Position numbers and translations under genes: made by a program. From Chiloscyllium plagiosum (taxonomy: Eukaryota), in contig NW_025215371.1 of assembly GCF_004010195.1 (NCBI RefSeq), forward strand, positions 124,001 to 146,458: a DNA stretch of 22,458 nt, in the 5' to 3' direction. Numbering within the stretch: the stretch's first letter is position 1; the number at the start of each line of letters is the position of its first letter. Below the pieces are notes generated by a model, which had not been told where the DNA came from, made no database searches, and was given only the letters and a program-made list of their open reading frames with translations. Positions 20,859-22,458 of this stretch are shown here, piece by piece.

Positions 20859-22458
20859 GACGTGTCGCGTCTTTTAAGCAGGAACCTATAGTCGTACTCA
20901 AAGTTAACAACAAATGGTATCCTTTTTTAATTGACACAGGAGCTTCAATGTCTTCTGTAAGATCTGACAAAGACTTGCCAATTTCAATACAAACAAAGAG
21001 TTTGTCTGGTCTACATAGAGAGAGCAAAAAATATCCACTTTCTCAACCTGTTGCTGTTTATTTTCAAGGTTATTCCCTGTCTCATCGTTTTGTAATTACA
21101 AACAAAATATCATGCAACTTGATGGGACGAGATTTGCTGTCTTCCTTTCAAGTAAAACTTGCATGTTCCCCTGATGGTGTCCAGCTTGATTCTGATTCAT
21201 ACGAACGTCAGCAGTATGTATCCACTGAACCACAGTGGTGGTCACTTGATATTAATACCAAAAACTCTGGGGACCACAATACTCTTGCTTATGTCCGAAC
21301 AGACCAGGATAAAATTCTTGAAATTTTAAAATTTATTTAATTGGAACCAAATGAACTGTGCAGAATTTGGCCCATGTCATTGGTCCAGAAGGGGAGGCGG
21401 AAATATCTCTTCATCTATGGAAGCAATCAGCACCTCATATCATTCCAAAAGTTTACCCGCCTCACCATGCTAAAGAACTTGGCCCTATGGTTCACCGTGC
21501 AATGACCAAGTCTGACCCACATTGTTATGTGTTGCAGACGATTCAAAACGATTTGACTGTTCAATATTATACAACTCCTACTTCCTGTGGTGCTACACTT
21601 CAGCATCATGACAGTCGAGACATCCTTGATTTAGTCAATCCGATGTACGGGGTGAAACATACACTCATCTTGGACTTACAGACTGTGAACCTATTCAAGT
21701 TGCTTTAAAACCAAGTGTTACCTTGCCATCCATTCGCCAGTATCCACTGAAGCAGCAGGCAATTCCAAGCATTACTTCTTTAATAGAAGACTTCCTCCAT
21801 CAAGGCATCTTAGTGCCATGCCAATCACCTTGTAACACTGCAATCATGGCTGTCCAAACTTGGAAAACCAAATCAAGACAGAATGGTTCAAGATTTGAGA
21901 TCTATCAATGCCATTGCTTAGCCACTTCATGCCTTAGTTCCAAACCCAGCTCATATTTTATCAAATATTCCTGAGGATACTAAATGTTTCACTGTTGTTG
22001 ATCTTCAACAAGCATTTTTCTCACTACCAGTTCATGAGCACAGCCAGTACTTATTTGCCTTAATCCTCAACGTGGGCAGTAGTTAACTTGGACTCGACTA
22101 CCTCAGGGCTTCGTTCATTCTCCAACACTTTCTTTCTCAGATCTTACAGAATCAATTGAAATGTCGAACCTTAACGAGTGGATCCACATTAGTTCAATAT
22201 GTAGGCGATCGTCTTTTAGCCAGCATTGATTAAGAATCAAATAGATCTGATGTTGTCCTTCTTCTGAATTACTTAAAGCACTTGGGTTACTTGGTCTCCT
22301 CACAAAAAGTCTCCATCGCACTATGCCAAGTCAAGTTTTTGGGTTTTATTATATCAGCTGATTCATGTGCCCTGGAACAGAGCCGCATAACTCCTATTTT
22401 CAACTTCCCAGCCCCAACTGCTGCGAGGCAAATGCGCCAATGGCTGGGCATGGTCAAC
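20859..22458 (+). mobile_element. pol: Endogenous retrovirus, class I (gamma/epsilon-related, fish-type), pro-pol pseudogene; gag absent; continues beyond the window
   Basis: Protease EPIVVLKVNNKWYPFLIDTGAS (DTG at 20933-20941) and NLMGRDLL. RT: IRQYPL, ILVPCQSPCNT, RMVQDLRSIN, FTVVDLQQAFFSLPV, TWTRLPQGFVHSPTLF, LVQYVGD (22198-22209, decayed YVDD), VKFLGF, RQWLGMVN. Frameshifts and stops present. Confidence 0.95.
21230..21610 (+). pseudogene. 2H-phosphoesterase-like domain between retroviral protease and RT
   Basis: First motif H-N-T-L-A-Y (His 21275-21277), then IGPEG, then SAP-H-I-I...HAKELGPMV (His 21436-21438; ATT is one transition from Thr ACT). A frameshift and stop lie near 21340. Confidence 0.7.

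Noticed and set aside
20859..22458. Active or intact retrovirus
   Set aside because: Frameshifts, stops, YVDD changed to YVGD, and no gag or LTR in the window.

Overview
Eukaryotic, gene-free window made almost entirely of repeats. The repeat families (several CR1 LINEs with short microsatellite tails, Penelope-like remnants, a tRNA-type SINE) resemble those of cartilaginous fish; this is inferred, not proven. In order: a decayed Gmr1-like Ty3/Gypsy element (LTR, SCAN-like gag, protease; minus strand); a Penelope-like inverted repeat with degenerate hammerhead motifs; a three-level CR1 nest (3300-9072) that includes a 5'-inverted copy and a locally templated insertion; further old LINE and SINE fragments; a 3.6-kb 23-bp palindromic minisatellite; a Mutator-like (MULE) transposon remnant with one terminal repeat; a 65-bp tandem array; and the pro-pol region of a class I endogenous retrovirus running off the right edge. 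The most notable signal is a 2H-phosphoesterase-like domain (two HxT-type motifs) between the retroviral protease and RT. No intact host gene is supported, and every coding remnant has stops or frameshifts. Family calls come from motifs read by eye; no search was run, and boundaries are approximate.
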